Below are positions 26,639 through 39,475 of a stretch of DNA of 64,000 nucleotides, piece after piece. The notes beneath the pieces are model-generated. The model saw only the letters and a list, made by a program, of their open reading frames with translations. It did no database searches and was not told the DNA's origin. The DNA is from Trichosphaerium sp. ATCC 40318 (Eukaryota > Protista > Tubulinea), in contig JALMLS010000550.1 of NCBI GenBank assembly GCA_038496445.1, forward strand, positions 1 to 64,000, given 5' to 3'. Made by a program: the position numbers and the translations under genes. The stretch's first letter is position 1. Each line of letters begins with the position of its first letter.

Positions 26639-28011
26639 ATGGCTACAACATTATCGGTTCGATTGGGGGTTTTTTTTGGCTTCATTGTTTGTATTCGGTG
26701 CATGACTTGGTCAGAAACTGCGTTTGCTTGCGCTGGAGCACCCAAGTACGTCATATTAGTGTCACGTGATTGTTTATTATCAAAGGTCGCGAAGTTAATT
26801 ATTCGGGTTTAGCTCTAATTATCTCGTTTTTAAGGAACTCTCGACTAATAGAGGTATTGGACAATACTACTCTCAGTTTTTTACCCAGAATAAACGCTAC
26901 AGATGATAGATATTGGATTGGCGCAAAGCTAAATGCAAACCCTCGCGATTACATTGGAAACTGTTCGCTGTGTCATAATTGCTCAGCATGTTGTGAAAGG
27001 TGTTACGAGGCGTTGTCTTTATACTATTGGGTTTCAAGTAATGTTTCAATGACTCAGACAGATCTCTTTATTACCACTGCCAACAACGATACAAAAACGT
27101 ATTTGAACATGCTATTTGTTTATGGCCAGCCATCGTTCACAAACGGAAATGGAACTGTTGAAGGTGAAGAAAAGTGTTTGGTGATGGCAATGAACAGTAC
27201 GTTTTCGAAATAGATAAAACTTGAAGTCCATCAATCTAATTTCGAGTTTTGCACACAGGGCTTAACGATCTACCATGTAACAATTCTGTTGCATCGCCTA
27301 GATGTGAATCTGATATATTGGAACCTAAATTGATAACAGAACATGCAAACATTGTCGATCAAACTCTCAGTTTTCTAGGTATTTTATTATTGAGATTTCA
27401 GTTTTTTTCTGACATTCTTTCGTTTCAGGAAATGTAACCTTCATGGATAGTGTCATTACCGTTAATGATAAATCTAAGATTATTACTTACGGATGCGTAC
27501 ATTTTATTGGGAACGTTACAATAGATATAGAGTTTACTGTACGCTACTAGTGTAGTCTTCACTGTTTTTTTGCTCCTATTTTTTTACTTTATGAGTGCTC
27601 ATCAAGGTATCAGGATAATAAATCAATTCCTCTGTTTGAACACGATAAAGATTGTGACATAGCAATTACAAATGTAACCGTTTCAAGTGGTGCATGTCTC
27701 ATACAAGGTATTACAGACAAACACTCTTAAAAATTCTAGTTTAACAATCACAATCACAAAAATACCTTTCTTTTAACAGTTACAATACAGAAGATGAAGG
27801 CACTCTCAGCATCTTCTTTCAGTCTACATGTAACCAATCAAGCACAGATGGATCATCATTTCCTGTTGTTGTTGTAGTTGTTGTTGTTTGTGTTGTATTG
27901 ATGGTGATCATTTTGATCGCTCTTGTTTTTCTTGTACCTAGCTTACGTAATCTTGTCTTTCCATTCGTGCGCAGGCCCAAAGCAGTACATGCAACTGTAT
28001 CACCTTCGTAA
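26639..28011 (+). CDS. Type I membrane C-type-lectin-like protein (array copy 5, inverted)
   Basis: MATTLSVRLGVFFGFIVCIRC...YWIGAKL...EKCLVMAMN|LNDLPC...TM, with the same introns as the other copies. Confidence 0.75.
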
Positions 28012-28149
28012 TACAATAAATTATCTTACAAAATGCTAATTGATAGTTTAATTAAAGCGCAACTTTTGTCAGACATCCATTGTGTATAAAACAGTATAAA
28101 ATCAATCTAGTTTATCAAATAAGTTTGTTGAATAAAATATCAGTTTACA

Positions 28150-28530
28150 AGGCATGGTATGCAAGCAGTATTGGTACAAAGCATGGTCTTATATGCAGTT
28201 AAGAAAGATGTAAATGGGAAAGTGGAGAGAGTACAAAAAGAGTGGGGTACAGCAAAACTGTACAGCTGTTTATCTTTGTTAATGATGAAATCTCAAAAGA
28301 AGGAGCGGCATCATAATGGACAACTGTACCATCATTGCACTAATGTTGATGGTATAGAAGAGGCAGGAGGCAGACTGCAAAGAATGACATATAAATGGTA
28401 CATTGTAGGAACTATTATCATCTCACCAATGATAACTTGAGTGCCTCAATTAAAAAAGGCATGACAACGGAGTATTGAGGGCTGAGTGCAACTACGTAAA
28501 TGGTAAACGTCACAGAGAAGATGGTAAAAT
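28150..28530 (+). pseudogene. Degenerate MORN-variant repeat fragments
   Basis: Broken frames containing VNGKVE, HNGQLYHHCTNVDG and CNYVNGKRH. Confidence 0.5.
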
Positions 28531-29453
28531 ATATCAAAATACAAGTTCTTTACAACACTGTAAGCTGGTATCTACATTCTGGAGTGTCCATTACCAAACG
28601 TTTTTTTGTTTCGAACACAAGACATTGCTTGGCGGCTCAACCAACATTCGAACAAGTGATAGTTCTGACACTACTGTAACTGTAATAAACTTGGTAACTA
28701 CCACCTGAAAATGACGTTGATGAGCTGTATCAAAGGATGAAGAGCGAAAATATTTAGATGTTTGTTTGTTTGTTTGGATTCTTTATTTATGATTGAATTT
28801 ACAAGAACTTTTCTAGAATAATACATAGCTTATTTCCTGAGGTGTAGTTTTTGCCGTCTTTACGTTTGCATCAAAGAAATAGGTTGATTGTTTCGTGTCT
28901 GATGTAGACCAACACACCAGCCGTATTGACCGCCACAAAAACTTCCCTGGCCATGAAATGAAACCAGCTTTATGGTCGCCCTTAGGCTCACAACACGGAC
29001 GATTGGTGGAACAAACACCTTCGCCATCTTTCGACTGCGGGGAGTAATAAAAAACCCACTCCGATTCGTGGGAAATAAAAAAAGGGTCACCCATTAACCC
29101 GACTCGCCATCCTGTCGTCACACGTAAAAAAAAAGGGAACTGTGGGAATGCAACGTCAGCTTTTTCCAACTATTAGTTTTGCCCAGCTTAAGGCGCAATA
29201 CGTCTTCTGACACCATAAGCCTTCGTCGAGTGTATAGGCATTTATCGATCGCTCGCAACCGGGAGGGGTAATAAAAGGATCTATGACCAGGGATAGACAT
29301 CAAACAGTCCGTCTCTCACCTACCTTTAAAAACCATGAAACTCCAAAGAGAAGTTGCAATGGTCGAAAAAGTTTGACCCCCCAATATTTAGATGTTTATT
29401 TCTCACGTGTTAGTCTGGAAGAGTAAAATGAAAAACAAAAGTTGTAAAACAAA

Positions 29454-31482
29454 ATGGATATTGAACGCTTAAAGGTTGTACAACTTCGCAAAGAACTCCG
29501 CAAACGCCATTTAGACACAAAAGTACGTCAGTAAATCGCATAAACGGCGCGTTTAATAAACTTAACGCAAAATAGGGCAGAAAAACAGTGCTGGTGGCGC
29601 GACTGAAGACGTTTATTGATAATAAAGCGTCTAACACCAAAACTAGAGCTCCCAAATCGAAAAAAACAAAAAAGGACAACGTACGCTCCTCCAGTACATT
29701 TCAGTTTCGTTTAATGAGGTCTCACTAGCGTTTTAAGGAAAAAACTGAATTCTCTCAGTCTGAAATAGCTCCATCGCTCAACCCTGACGTCCTGTTGCGT
29801 ATATTCTCTCATTTGAACTCCTCAGAGATTATTACGGTTTCATCTGTGAGCAACTCCTGGTACGCTTGAAAAACTTTTGTTCATCTTTTCACTGAAATTA
29901 ACAAGGTCAATGGTTGCCAAGTCTGACTACGTGTGGAAGGCGCTTTATACCGCAGACTTCAAATTACCTTTTGTGCCGTTGAATAAGAATGATAGATGTG
30001 TTGGAAAGAATCCTGATGCTTGGGTAGAGCAATACAAGATGGCTTACAGACGGATTCCAAAGTACATCTTTTTTTCTTGTTTTTTTCGGTATTTTACCTC
30101 CCCACTCCTTCGTTTGAACAAAGGTTTACGATTTTGTTTAAAAATGTTTAATCTATTTATAAATCATCATTTTATTTGAAGTAAGGATTATATTGAGAAT
30201 TTGTTAAGGTTGATGGATGCGTCACAAATAAACAAAGAAATTGCTGGTATTTTTTTTTTGAGAATTTTATCATCCAAGTGTTGGCGGGTTTTTAGTGCTA
30301 AACTGACTTGTATTCTTTTGAGATCATTTTGATTTCAAACCTGAAACAAGGAGGAAATCATACACAAAAGCAAAAGAAGAAAGAAAAGATTGGCACACTG
30401 ATAGCCACACTGATGAATCTATTGAAGAAGACTTGTTTGATGACAAGTATATTTTTTTCCGACATGGAACAGTATCCAAGATGTTTATTGATGTATGTTC
30501 ACGTTATTACAAATTTATTTATTACTATCAACACCCATAAACAACATATTGATGCTTCAACCAGGTCCCTAAAAGAGTCGTTAATGACAAAGTACACGAC
30601 TTAGGTATGACAGTTTTTTATATTATTTTAGTTGTTGACTTTGTATGTGCATAGCTTTGGTTTTATCTATTCTAAACGAGAAAAACCTTCTGATTAGACT
30701 CGATGATACTGTACAAATAGGAAGTGTATCTGTAGGTACGACATAATTAATACAATCATTCCAATATGCTTTATTGGTTCTCATATTCTCCCAAACCAGG
30801 ATCCATTCCTGTTAAACTATCAGTATTCTGTCACGCTTTCTTGCAAGGAGAAACAAGTAAACTTTATCCAGAAGTTGTATTTCCTAGAGGAGAGATAACT
30901 ATGAAAACCGATGAAACTGCACCATGTATGTGGACAATACTTGATAGCGTTTGTAGTAACCTGATGTTTTTTTAGTTGGAATGGTTGATAGGGACAACTT
31001 GATGGGTATATCTCCGAATATCAAAGGCGAATTCAAACCTTTTGTACTTTACAATGAGATCCATTTGTACAGTGGTAAAGCATTAGGTACAAATATGGGC
31101 AACGATAACAAGAATGACGGAAATCACGTGCCAGAGTAAGAATTAGTGAAACCAAACAAATTTGTGTTCTCTGACTTTTACCTGTTTAAATAGCTTCTCA
31201 AGGCTTGATTCTTTCATTTCAAGATGGGTTTTAGATACCAAGAATACAGAGAAGACATGGGTCACTGACTTTAAAATGTGGGCACCTGGGTTTTTCATGA
31301 ACGCAAACTTTTATTGGTACCTGTCAAGCTGTTTTTTTTTTGTTTTACATTCTGTATGTTACTGTGCTGATATTGTTTTAATTAGGTATCATTATGGCGA
31401 TTTCAAGAGTGTGTATTCTCCAAAACACAAAGAAATCATTGTTGCAAAGATGGACATCAAGCAGTTTAGTAATTTTTGTTAG
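29454..31482 (+). CDS. SAP-domain + F-box protein, multi-exon (copy 2)
   Basis: Reverse-complement match to 3299-5343, with the same SAP and F-box motifs. Confidence 0.75.
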
Positions 31483-31771
31483 TAAACGTCGCAATGTGCA
31501 ACAAACTTTTCACGTGATTCTTTTTTTTTCAATACATTACCAGAGACAAAATTAGCTACTACTTGTGCTTTTACTTGAACTGGGTACACGTTAAGTGAGC
31601 ACTGTAACTTTACAGTGATTTATTTTAAGGTTTAACACTTCGGTTACTCTAAAGCCCTAGGATTTATTTAAGTATGGACTGATGCTTGATGAATCTGTGT
31701 TTTCACCACAAGCTCAACAACTCAACACTACTTCTGGCAATAAACGCTTCTCAAAACCCTCTAAATAATAT

Positions 31772-32930
31772 TTATTGAAACACTACTCCTTTTTTACCAT
31801 TGACATAGTCAACACGGCTTTTGAGTGCCCCGAAACTCCACCATTCTAATTTAACACCTTCCCTTGAACCATTGATATATGTGCACTTCATTTGCAAGGT
31901 ACCATTACGATACCACTCCTTGTACTCTCCGTCTTTTCTGTCATTTACATAGTTACACAAGCTCCTTATTTTACCATTATAATGCCATTGAATCATCTTT
32001 CCTTGTTTCTTGTCATTACCAATGCGATACTGTTTAGCCAGTTGACTGTTTTCATGATATTCTTTGTACTCTCCATCTTCAAGTTTGCCATTGATGTACA
32101 TACGCTGTAGATGTATTTCACCATTTTTATGGTAAGCTATGTATTTTCCTTGAAGTTTACTGTTTACATAGGTACACTCAGATTTCAATGGTCCATTGTA
32201 ATGCCATTCTTTGTGGATGCCCTCAAGCTTATCATTGACAAGATAATAATGCTTCCACAATGTACCACATGAATACCACTCTTTGCCTTCTCCCTCTCGT
32301 TTGTCATCAACATAAGTGTATTGCTTGGACAGTGCTCCATTACGATGCCACTCATTGTACTCTCCATTTAGTACACCATTTACATAATGGCAATGACGAT
32401 TTCTATTACCATTGTAGCGCCAATACCTAAGCTCTCCGTCACGTACACCATTGACATGAGTTGTCTTGCTCTGTAATTTACCATTATTATGCCAACTCTT
32501 TGTTTCTCCATCAATTTTTCCATTTTTATAGTACGTTTCATATTTAAGTTGTCCTTTGGTATGCCACGTTTTGTACACCCCATCCAACTCACCATTGACA
32601 TAATGACAGCGTTTCTTCAAGATACCATCCTTATACCACTCCTTGTATTCTCCTTCTATTTTATCATCAATACAATTGTACAACTTGTACTGTGTGCCAT
32701 TGTAGTGCCACTGTTTGCTCTCTCCCTCCTCTTTGCCATTCATATAAACACACTGTCTTCTTAGAGTACCGTTATCACCCCATTTTTTCCAGTTGCCGTG
32801 TTTGTTCAAGTCACCATCAAACCTTGTTGTCATTGCTGTGTATTTTGATAGTAGCGACCATTTTTCAACCAATTTGTGATCTAGATCGATAATGTCAAGA
32901 TGTAGCTCCACTGGAAGGTCAAAAAGATGG
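31772..32930 (-). CDS. F-box-like N-terminus + long MORN-variant (YwqK-like) repeat protein; start uncertain
   Basis: GHLFDLPVELHLDII followed by about 13 24-aa repeats (Y.NG...GEYKEW..NG.L) in one uninterrupted 1.1-kb exon. Confidence 0.8.
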
Positions 32931-33587
32931 CCATTATTTATCTATATAGGCAAGAAGTTAGTCAATACCAATTTACTACAGACTATGGTTGAGTATTATA
33001 TTACTATAGTACGACATGATACATTGCAGAAGAGGAAATAGAATCGAAAAAAAAAAGACAATCGAAAACATGTGTTTTGTATAACGATATTGTAAGAATA
33101 TGAAAGGTAACACGTGGATTTTTCTGATGAAAACCTAGAGCGTCACGTGTTTTACGCTGCCAAGCAATAATATGTATATAAGGATGCTGCAACCACATAT
33201 AAATATTGTTCTCACCAGTACAAAGTAGTTTCCGGTGAACGTATCAAAAAAACAAGGTTTTGTTTGTTTTTTTCAAAAAAAAAAATTTTGGGCTGGATAT
33301 TAAATCACGTGGTTCGTCGGGTTTTGGTTTGTAACAATTAACAATTTCTCTCACCAAGGAAACCGTGTTAATTAGTTAGGATCATATTTTCAGGGTCATT
33401 TGATATTTGGAGTCAAAAAGAGACTTGGATAATGACGAGGGAAGCAGACGATGTAACAGAGTTATCTTAAGTGATAACAAAAGTATATGCTATGTTTTTG
33501 TTTCTAGTTTGAGTGTACCTTGTGGTTTGTTGCCATTGATGTTGCGTATTCAAATTAAGATTTGTGTTGACTGGCTAGATCCTTTTG

Positions 33588-34430
33588 GGAGCTGCACTGA
33601 TTTCCGGAAATTTCTGGAAATTCTGGAACTTCTGGAATTTCTGGACCAATTTCCAGATATTTCCAGTTATTTCCAGTGTTTTCTGTATATTTCCCGTATA
33701 TTTCCAGTGTTTTCCCGTTATTTCCAGACAGTTCACGTGGCTTAATTTGAGCTCAAAAAAGCGCCAAAAAAAAAAAGTTACAAACAAAAAAGAGTTTATT
33801 TACAAGCAAATATACAGTGGGTTTCACGTTGTTCAGGTGGAAGAAAACGTGAATTATTTGTGATAGATACATCTGCTCACTCCAAATTGTTCTATCTACG
33901 CCCTCTAGAGTGTCAGTATCAATGTAGAAGTGTCATTTAGCGTTGTTTGCTTTTGTACCGCTTGAGCACTCACGTGTGGAACCTAGGTTGCTAATAGTAG
34001 CCTGGTTAATGTTAATGGACTCTAGTAGTTACAAAGAGTCAGTATTTACCTTCGGCTAGTGGCTAGTGTTGCTGTATCTGATTTAAAAAACTTAACAATA
34101 ATTTTTTTGTGAACAGCACACATTTTCATCCCACCAAAACTGAGAGTGTTTTTGGGCTTCATTTATACGTGCTGTTGGTCTTTTTTATGTTTTGATGACA
34201 ATCAAAGCAAAAGCGAGTGCTGGTGTTCTTTTGAAAAATTTCCAGTTTTTCCAGATGTTTCCAGACGGCTACAGAATTTCCAGTTATTTCCAGATGCTAT
34301 TAAATCATTTGAGTTAGTAAAACACACATGAAAGTACACTGCAGATGCTCCTGAAGCTTGTTAGCATTTGCTGCAAAAATTTCCAGTTTTTCCAGTTTTT
34401 CCAATTTAATGCGGAAATCAGTGCAGCTCC
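33588..34430. mobile_element. Non-autonomous DNA transposon with perfect 19-bp TIRs and subterminal 9-10-bp tandem repeats
   Basis: GGAGCTGCACTGATTTCCG ... CGGAAATCAGTGCAGCTCC. Arrays of TTTCCAG/TTTCTGG lie inside both ends. Confidence 0.75.
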
Positions 34431-34534
34431 TGAATGGAAACTGATCTACCCCCTATCTGAGATTGATGACTATGGTGAAGTAATTAAACGCCAAACCTTG
34501 CTACCAGAGCAAGGTTGTGTCTAATAGCAACTAC

Positions 34535-34793
34535 TGTGTAATCACAGGGACACACATGAGGGATATTAATCATCAATCAATGTACTACGGCACCTCGAGT
34601 GCCAAGTGTTTGAAACCATGGATAAAATGAAATCCAATACAACCCCTACCTGATAACAGTGTCTAGTAGTAACTAGTGTGTAATCACAGGGACGCATTCA
34701 AAGGGATATTGGTCATCAATCAATGTATTACGGCACCTCGAGTGCCAAGTGATTGAAACTATGGATAAAACGAAATCCAATGCAACTCCTATC
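34535..34793. repeat. Tandem duplication, unit of about 140 bp
   Basis: GTGTAATCACAGGGAC...CGGCACCTCGAGTGCCAAGTG...GAAATCCAAT occurs twice. Confidence 0.75.
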
Positions 34794-36651
34794 TCCTTGG
34801 TAAAGATCCACAAAGTATTGAAGGATTTGATCCTCTAGAGTAAGCCTTGCACTTGAGTTACAACATTGTAATAAAACAATCACTGCCATACTTAACAGAC
34901 TTTAGTTTTTTACTTGTATTTATTTTACTATCTTCGTAAGAATGACTAGCCTATCAAATACCCGCTACAAATACACTGCCGATACTATATCACCTTGGAG
35001 TGTACACTTGATACACCAAAAAAGGATGGCCATTTTAAGATTGGTTTTTGTTTGTTTGAGATGGACCAGCAAGGATCCTAACAGTAGAAATAGCAAATTA
35101 TGGTTACATATTTTCGCTGAACTGTACGTTTCTAATTCATACTTGTTTTGTATGCCATAGACATGTCAATGGCTGTGAGAAATCAAGAAAACTGTAATGT
35201 TGCAACTGCAGAAAGCTGCTTTCATAAAGCGACTTGGTTATCTTACAACTAGTCATTTTTTAACACGTGCTGTTTCGAAGTGCTTGCTCCCGGTACCAGC
35301 TTTTTTTGGTAGTGCAAACACTCCACTATGCTTCATATTACGAAACCAGTAACAACTTTAAGAAAAATTCAAAAACAAAACAGCCTCCACTACATGCCAA
35401 AAGAAAATTAAATAAAGTCGGGTGCACCTAAGTTTGACAATTGTATACAAAGCTAATAGCTAGTAATTTGCTAGCAAAAGTGCCGGACAAAATATTTATG
35501 TTCGTAACAAAGGAACTTTGTACTAATAATGATCTACCTCTTGCTGTAAAACTTGCAAAGCGCTATCCACACGGGCAAACGGAGAAAATGTATGCCACAC
35601 TTTTAATATGAAAAGGTTCACATAGGAAAAGTTTTGTACATGGTTCTTAGGGCTATCACAATACCGAAGAAAAGCCTGCATACGCAAGTACGCAAAAGGT
35701 AAATCCTGAGTTGACGTTTCAATACAATACGATTGTGTAGCAGTATACTGTCCATACTCCTTCACTTTGTTCGTAAGGGAAACTTGTTTGAAAAGGGACA
35801 AAGTTGAACAAAAACGGAAAAAAAGGATCCACGTGTCACACGAAAAAAAAAGTAGGAGAAACTTGGACAGAGCGACTCAATTTATACCTCGATATTGAAC
35901 GTGACTTGGTGTCAAGGGTTGGCGGTACACTTACCTTTTTGTGCGTACCTGCTAAAAAAGTAAACTCATTTGTGTTTTGTTGTGGCCGCTTGTGTCGGGT
36001 AAATACTGGAGAAGTTCGGGTAGTCATTTCGGCGCAGGGCCTGTAAACTACATTTTTCGGTTGGTCAACCCCGAATACAGTTTTCGCTACCTCAACGCTG
36101 CCATATTCCGCTACCTCAACGCTGCCATAGACTCTATAGACTACTACAGACGCAAAGAAGAGTCGCTTTATCTTACGGATTGAACACATGTGATTTTCTA
36201 CAAAGTTGTTTAATCTCTGCCTACGGGCACTCTTGGCTATTTTCAGAAGTAGCGCTGTGATACAATGACACGCTAGTACCCAAAAGAAATCGTATCACAA
36301 TATAATAGCAGCGAAATAAAAAAAGCCCAAAGTTGAGGAGTCATAAAAAAAGAAGAACCAACTAACAGAAGAACCCAGTAAGTGTTGTGTACCTAAATCA
36401 CGTTTTTTTTTTTTTTTTTGAGCGCATATTTTCGAACCGCCTTACAGCGCTCCAAATTCTCTTGTATGTTTTTAAAAAGTAGCTAATATGGTCGCTAGCA
36501 AGTAACTTACTTACGCGAGGGTGTTTGTCCGAAAAAGGGTACACAAGCTTTTTTTTGAAATTTAATCAAATTTCCAGTACGTAACAAAAAAGTTTGAACA
36601 CAAATTTCTCCTCTCAACACAAGTAACAACAGCTCACCAAACGGCTGTACA

Positions 36652-37922
36652 ATGAGAATGAACGGATTATTTCTTGCTTTCTTATGTCTATCCGCACTTG
36701 TATCACTAGTATCAGCTCATGGACGTCTTACAGTACCTGAAACAAGGGACGTACAAAACGGTAGACGTAGAGACCAACAACATGCCCCAGTATTCCTTCA
36801 AAACGGCGATTGGGTATCAGGACACGTGTGCAGAGATCTTCCTTTTGTCGGCTCGACAGCAACTTACCAAGCCGGAGGAACTTACTCAACAGAATGGTTC
36901 TTCGAAGCTAACCATCCTGGAGATTGCTTTTTCTACCTCTCCTTCGACAATGAACAAACATGGGCTAAAATTGCCGAGATTCGCGACTGTCACCTTTTAA
37001 GCGGATGGGATATGACAATACCTTCATGGGTTCCTAGCGGTCCTGCAGTACTTCGCTGGGAATGGTATGCTCTTCAACAAGTCATCAATGTTGAGCACTA
37101 CCTTCAATGTGCCGATGTCACAATTACAGGAGGAAACACAGGAGCTATTGCTTGGACCCCAGTCGTCACTATTCCTGGTCACCTTCCTTTGGATGCCAGC
37201 GGTTACAGACTTGTATACGATGAAAACGCACCTTTCTTCTTCACTGGACCTGCAGTAGCACAGTATATTTCTGGCGGTACAACACCACCACCGCCACCAC
37301 CTACAATGGGAACTCCACCAACAATGGGAAGTACTCCACCTCCACCACCAACAATGGGAAGCACTCCTCCTCCTCCGCCAACAATGGGAAGTACACCTCC
37401 TCCCCCACCTACAATGGGAAGCACTCCTCCTCCACCAACAATGGGAAGTACGCCTACACCATCTGGTAACGCATTCTGTCCAACAATTTCAAACGTTGAA
37501 ATCAACAGTACGTTCCGCCTTCTCTTTTTCTTTTTTTTTTCTGCTTTTATTCTTGAAATTTATTTCGTTTAGACTGGGGTAGTGGTATGAACGTCGTTGT
37601 CTACCTCACAGCACCAACAAGTGGCGCACCAATTACATCTGTCAGAGTAAGACAAGTATCTCCAGCTGGGGCTACAACAGACAACTGTTGGTCATCAACT
37701 GGCGCAGTCGCCTCTGCATCTGCAACTGAAACTGGCACTAAATTCGCAAGTTCTTTTTCTAAAACAACTTCTTTTTTGAATTCCACTGACTCTCTTCTTT
37801 AGATCAGCTTGTACAATCCTTGGGTAGCAGGTAGTGCGATTCCTGTACTTGGTTGCGCATGGAGTGTTGGTGACAACGACATTGCGGTATCTGTAATTGA
37901 AGTAAACGGTAATGCTTGTTAG
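36652..37922 (+). CDS. Lytic polysaccharide monooxygenase-like protein with Pro/Thr linker and CBM2-like C-terminal module (3 exons)
   Basis: His immediately after the signal peptide (VSA|HGRL), second His in NHPGDCFFYLS, and LRWEW...HYLQCADV. (PPPPPTMGST)n linker. Tail C...NNWGSGMNVVV...EVNGNAC*. Confidence 0.8.
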
Positions 37923-39247
37923 AAGCGAAGTTTCCTCATAATAAACAATACATTTTTACCTTCACTTGACTTTACAGTTTATTGCCTTTGTTGTCAAAAC
38001 AAGCACAATGAAAGTACGACCACTATTGTTTTCGCAGAAACTTAGTCAGAACATCTCGCTGTTTCATGTGGAAACAGTTTATTACGTAGACCTTGTGGAA
38101 GCTTGTGGATGTTTATAGTACACAGCTTTTTTCTCATATGTACATCATTTTAAGACTAAGTCTACAATTCCCATGAAATTAGTTTTCTACGAGTAACTTC
38201 CATACATTTACGCCTCTTTGGATCTTAAAAATAGGTTAGGACGTCTGAATAATTGAAGGATTATAACTTTGGCAATTGAAGCCCTACAGTTGTGCAACGA
38301 TAATTCACGTGTCATTTGTCGTTTCAACGGTTTTTTTTAAGTCGTGCCTTTTCTTAATGACCGCACTGTACAATGTTTTACTCCAAACCTAGACATTTTA
38401 TCCAATACCAACTGCAAAGAGTAGTAAAGGAAGTTATTGCTTTGTTTTTGGACCGTTTTTATCTCAACTCTTACCCAGACTGATATTTTTATTGCCGTCA
38501 CGTGATGGAACGATGAAACGGCAAAACTACCATCTAACAACGTATCCCGATTACATGTTAAATTGGTTTAATGGCTTGCTTAGTATAACTTTAACATTCC
38601 ATGACGTTCTTATTACTTTTTATTTACATTGAGGTAAATTATTTTTCGAAAAATTGTTTGATTTAGCCTATAGTAGCTTACCTTGAATGAATATAAGAGT
38701 TCTGAATATTCTCTTTGCTGCTCCACATACACTTGCTTTGTCTTTATAAGCTGTTTGATAGTATGTATTAACCTGCATGAGAAAATCTAAAAGAAAATAT
38801 TGACACTTGGCAAGCAAGGAATGCCCGGAATTTGCTATAAAAGTCCTTGTTCTGTATGCTTAAATGGAACTTTAACAGTTTCGACTGAGGAGAACTTGAC
38901 TTTTTTCTTTGTCTTTGTGTGCTCTTCGCTTCACTAATCTGTAATAGTTGTAGTAAAGACTCTTGATTATAGGCGATTGTAGCAAAGACAGTAATATAGC
39001 CTAGATATGCAAGGAGTTTCTTGTTTGACTTGAACTTGTATGAAAGTTATTTGCATTTTAGAATATCACTCAACACCAAGCCGAAGCAAGACGTTTTTTC
39101 CCAATTCACTATTTTACCTTGATTGTGAATATAGTCACATTCTTCTTCAATAACCGCAAGATCGCTCAGAATAATTCCTACAGCAGTGTGAATGCACACC
39201 ACAATAATGAAGTGAACAGAAAAAGCATACTTTGGTATGGAAAGCAG

Positions 39248-39475
39248 GAATTTGGCCTGAAATAGCGCTATTTTATTTTACCACTAAGCTTATTTTAAAA
39301 CGCTATTCCCGGTTTGTAGTACGCACGTGACTTTCTGTACTTATGCTCATGTAAAGTACTCCACAAGGATACACTAATGGCAAAGCTTGCAGAGTTGTAA
39401 GGCTACCTATGTTCACAAACCGTCTCGAAAAATAAGGCTTAGCGCTACCACAAAATAGCGTTTCAGGTCAAATCC
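39248..39475. mobile_element. MITE family B (PIF/Harbinger-Tourist-like)
   Basis: TIR GAATTTGGCCTGAAATAGCGCTATTTT / AAAATAGCGTTTCAGGTCAAATCC, with 3-bp flanking repeat CAG. Confidence 0.7.

Noticed and set aside
28813-29303. Overlapping ORFs in a slightly GC-richer patch (similarly 35523-36189)
   Set aside because: No recognisable motif or consistent splice model, so I left them unannotated.
31772-32911. YwqK antitoxin of a toxin-antitoxin system
   Set aside because: Only the generic repeat matches. The context is eukaryotic and there is no adjacent toxin gene.
33600-33730. CRISPR-like or telomeric array
   Set aside because: Short degenerate repeats without spacers, located inside a TIR element.
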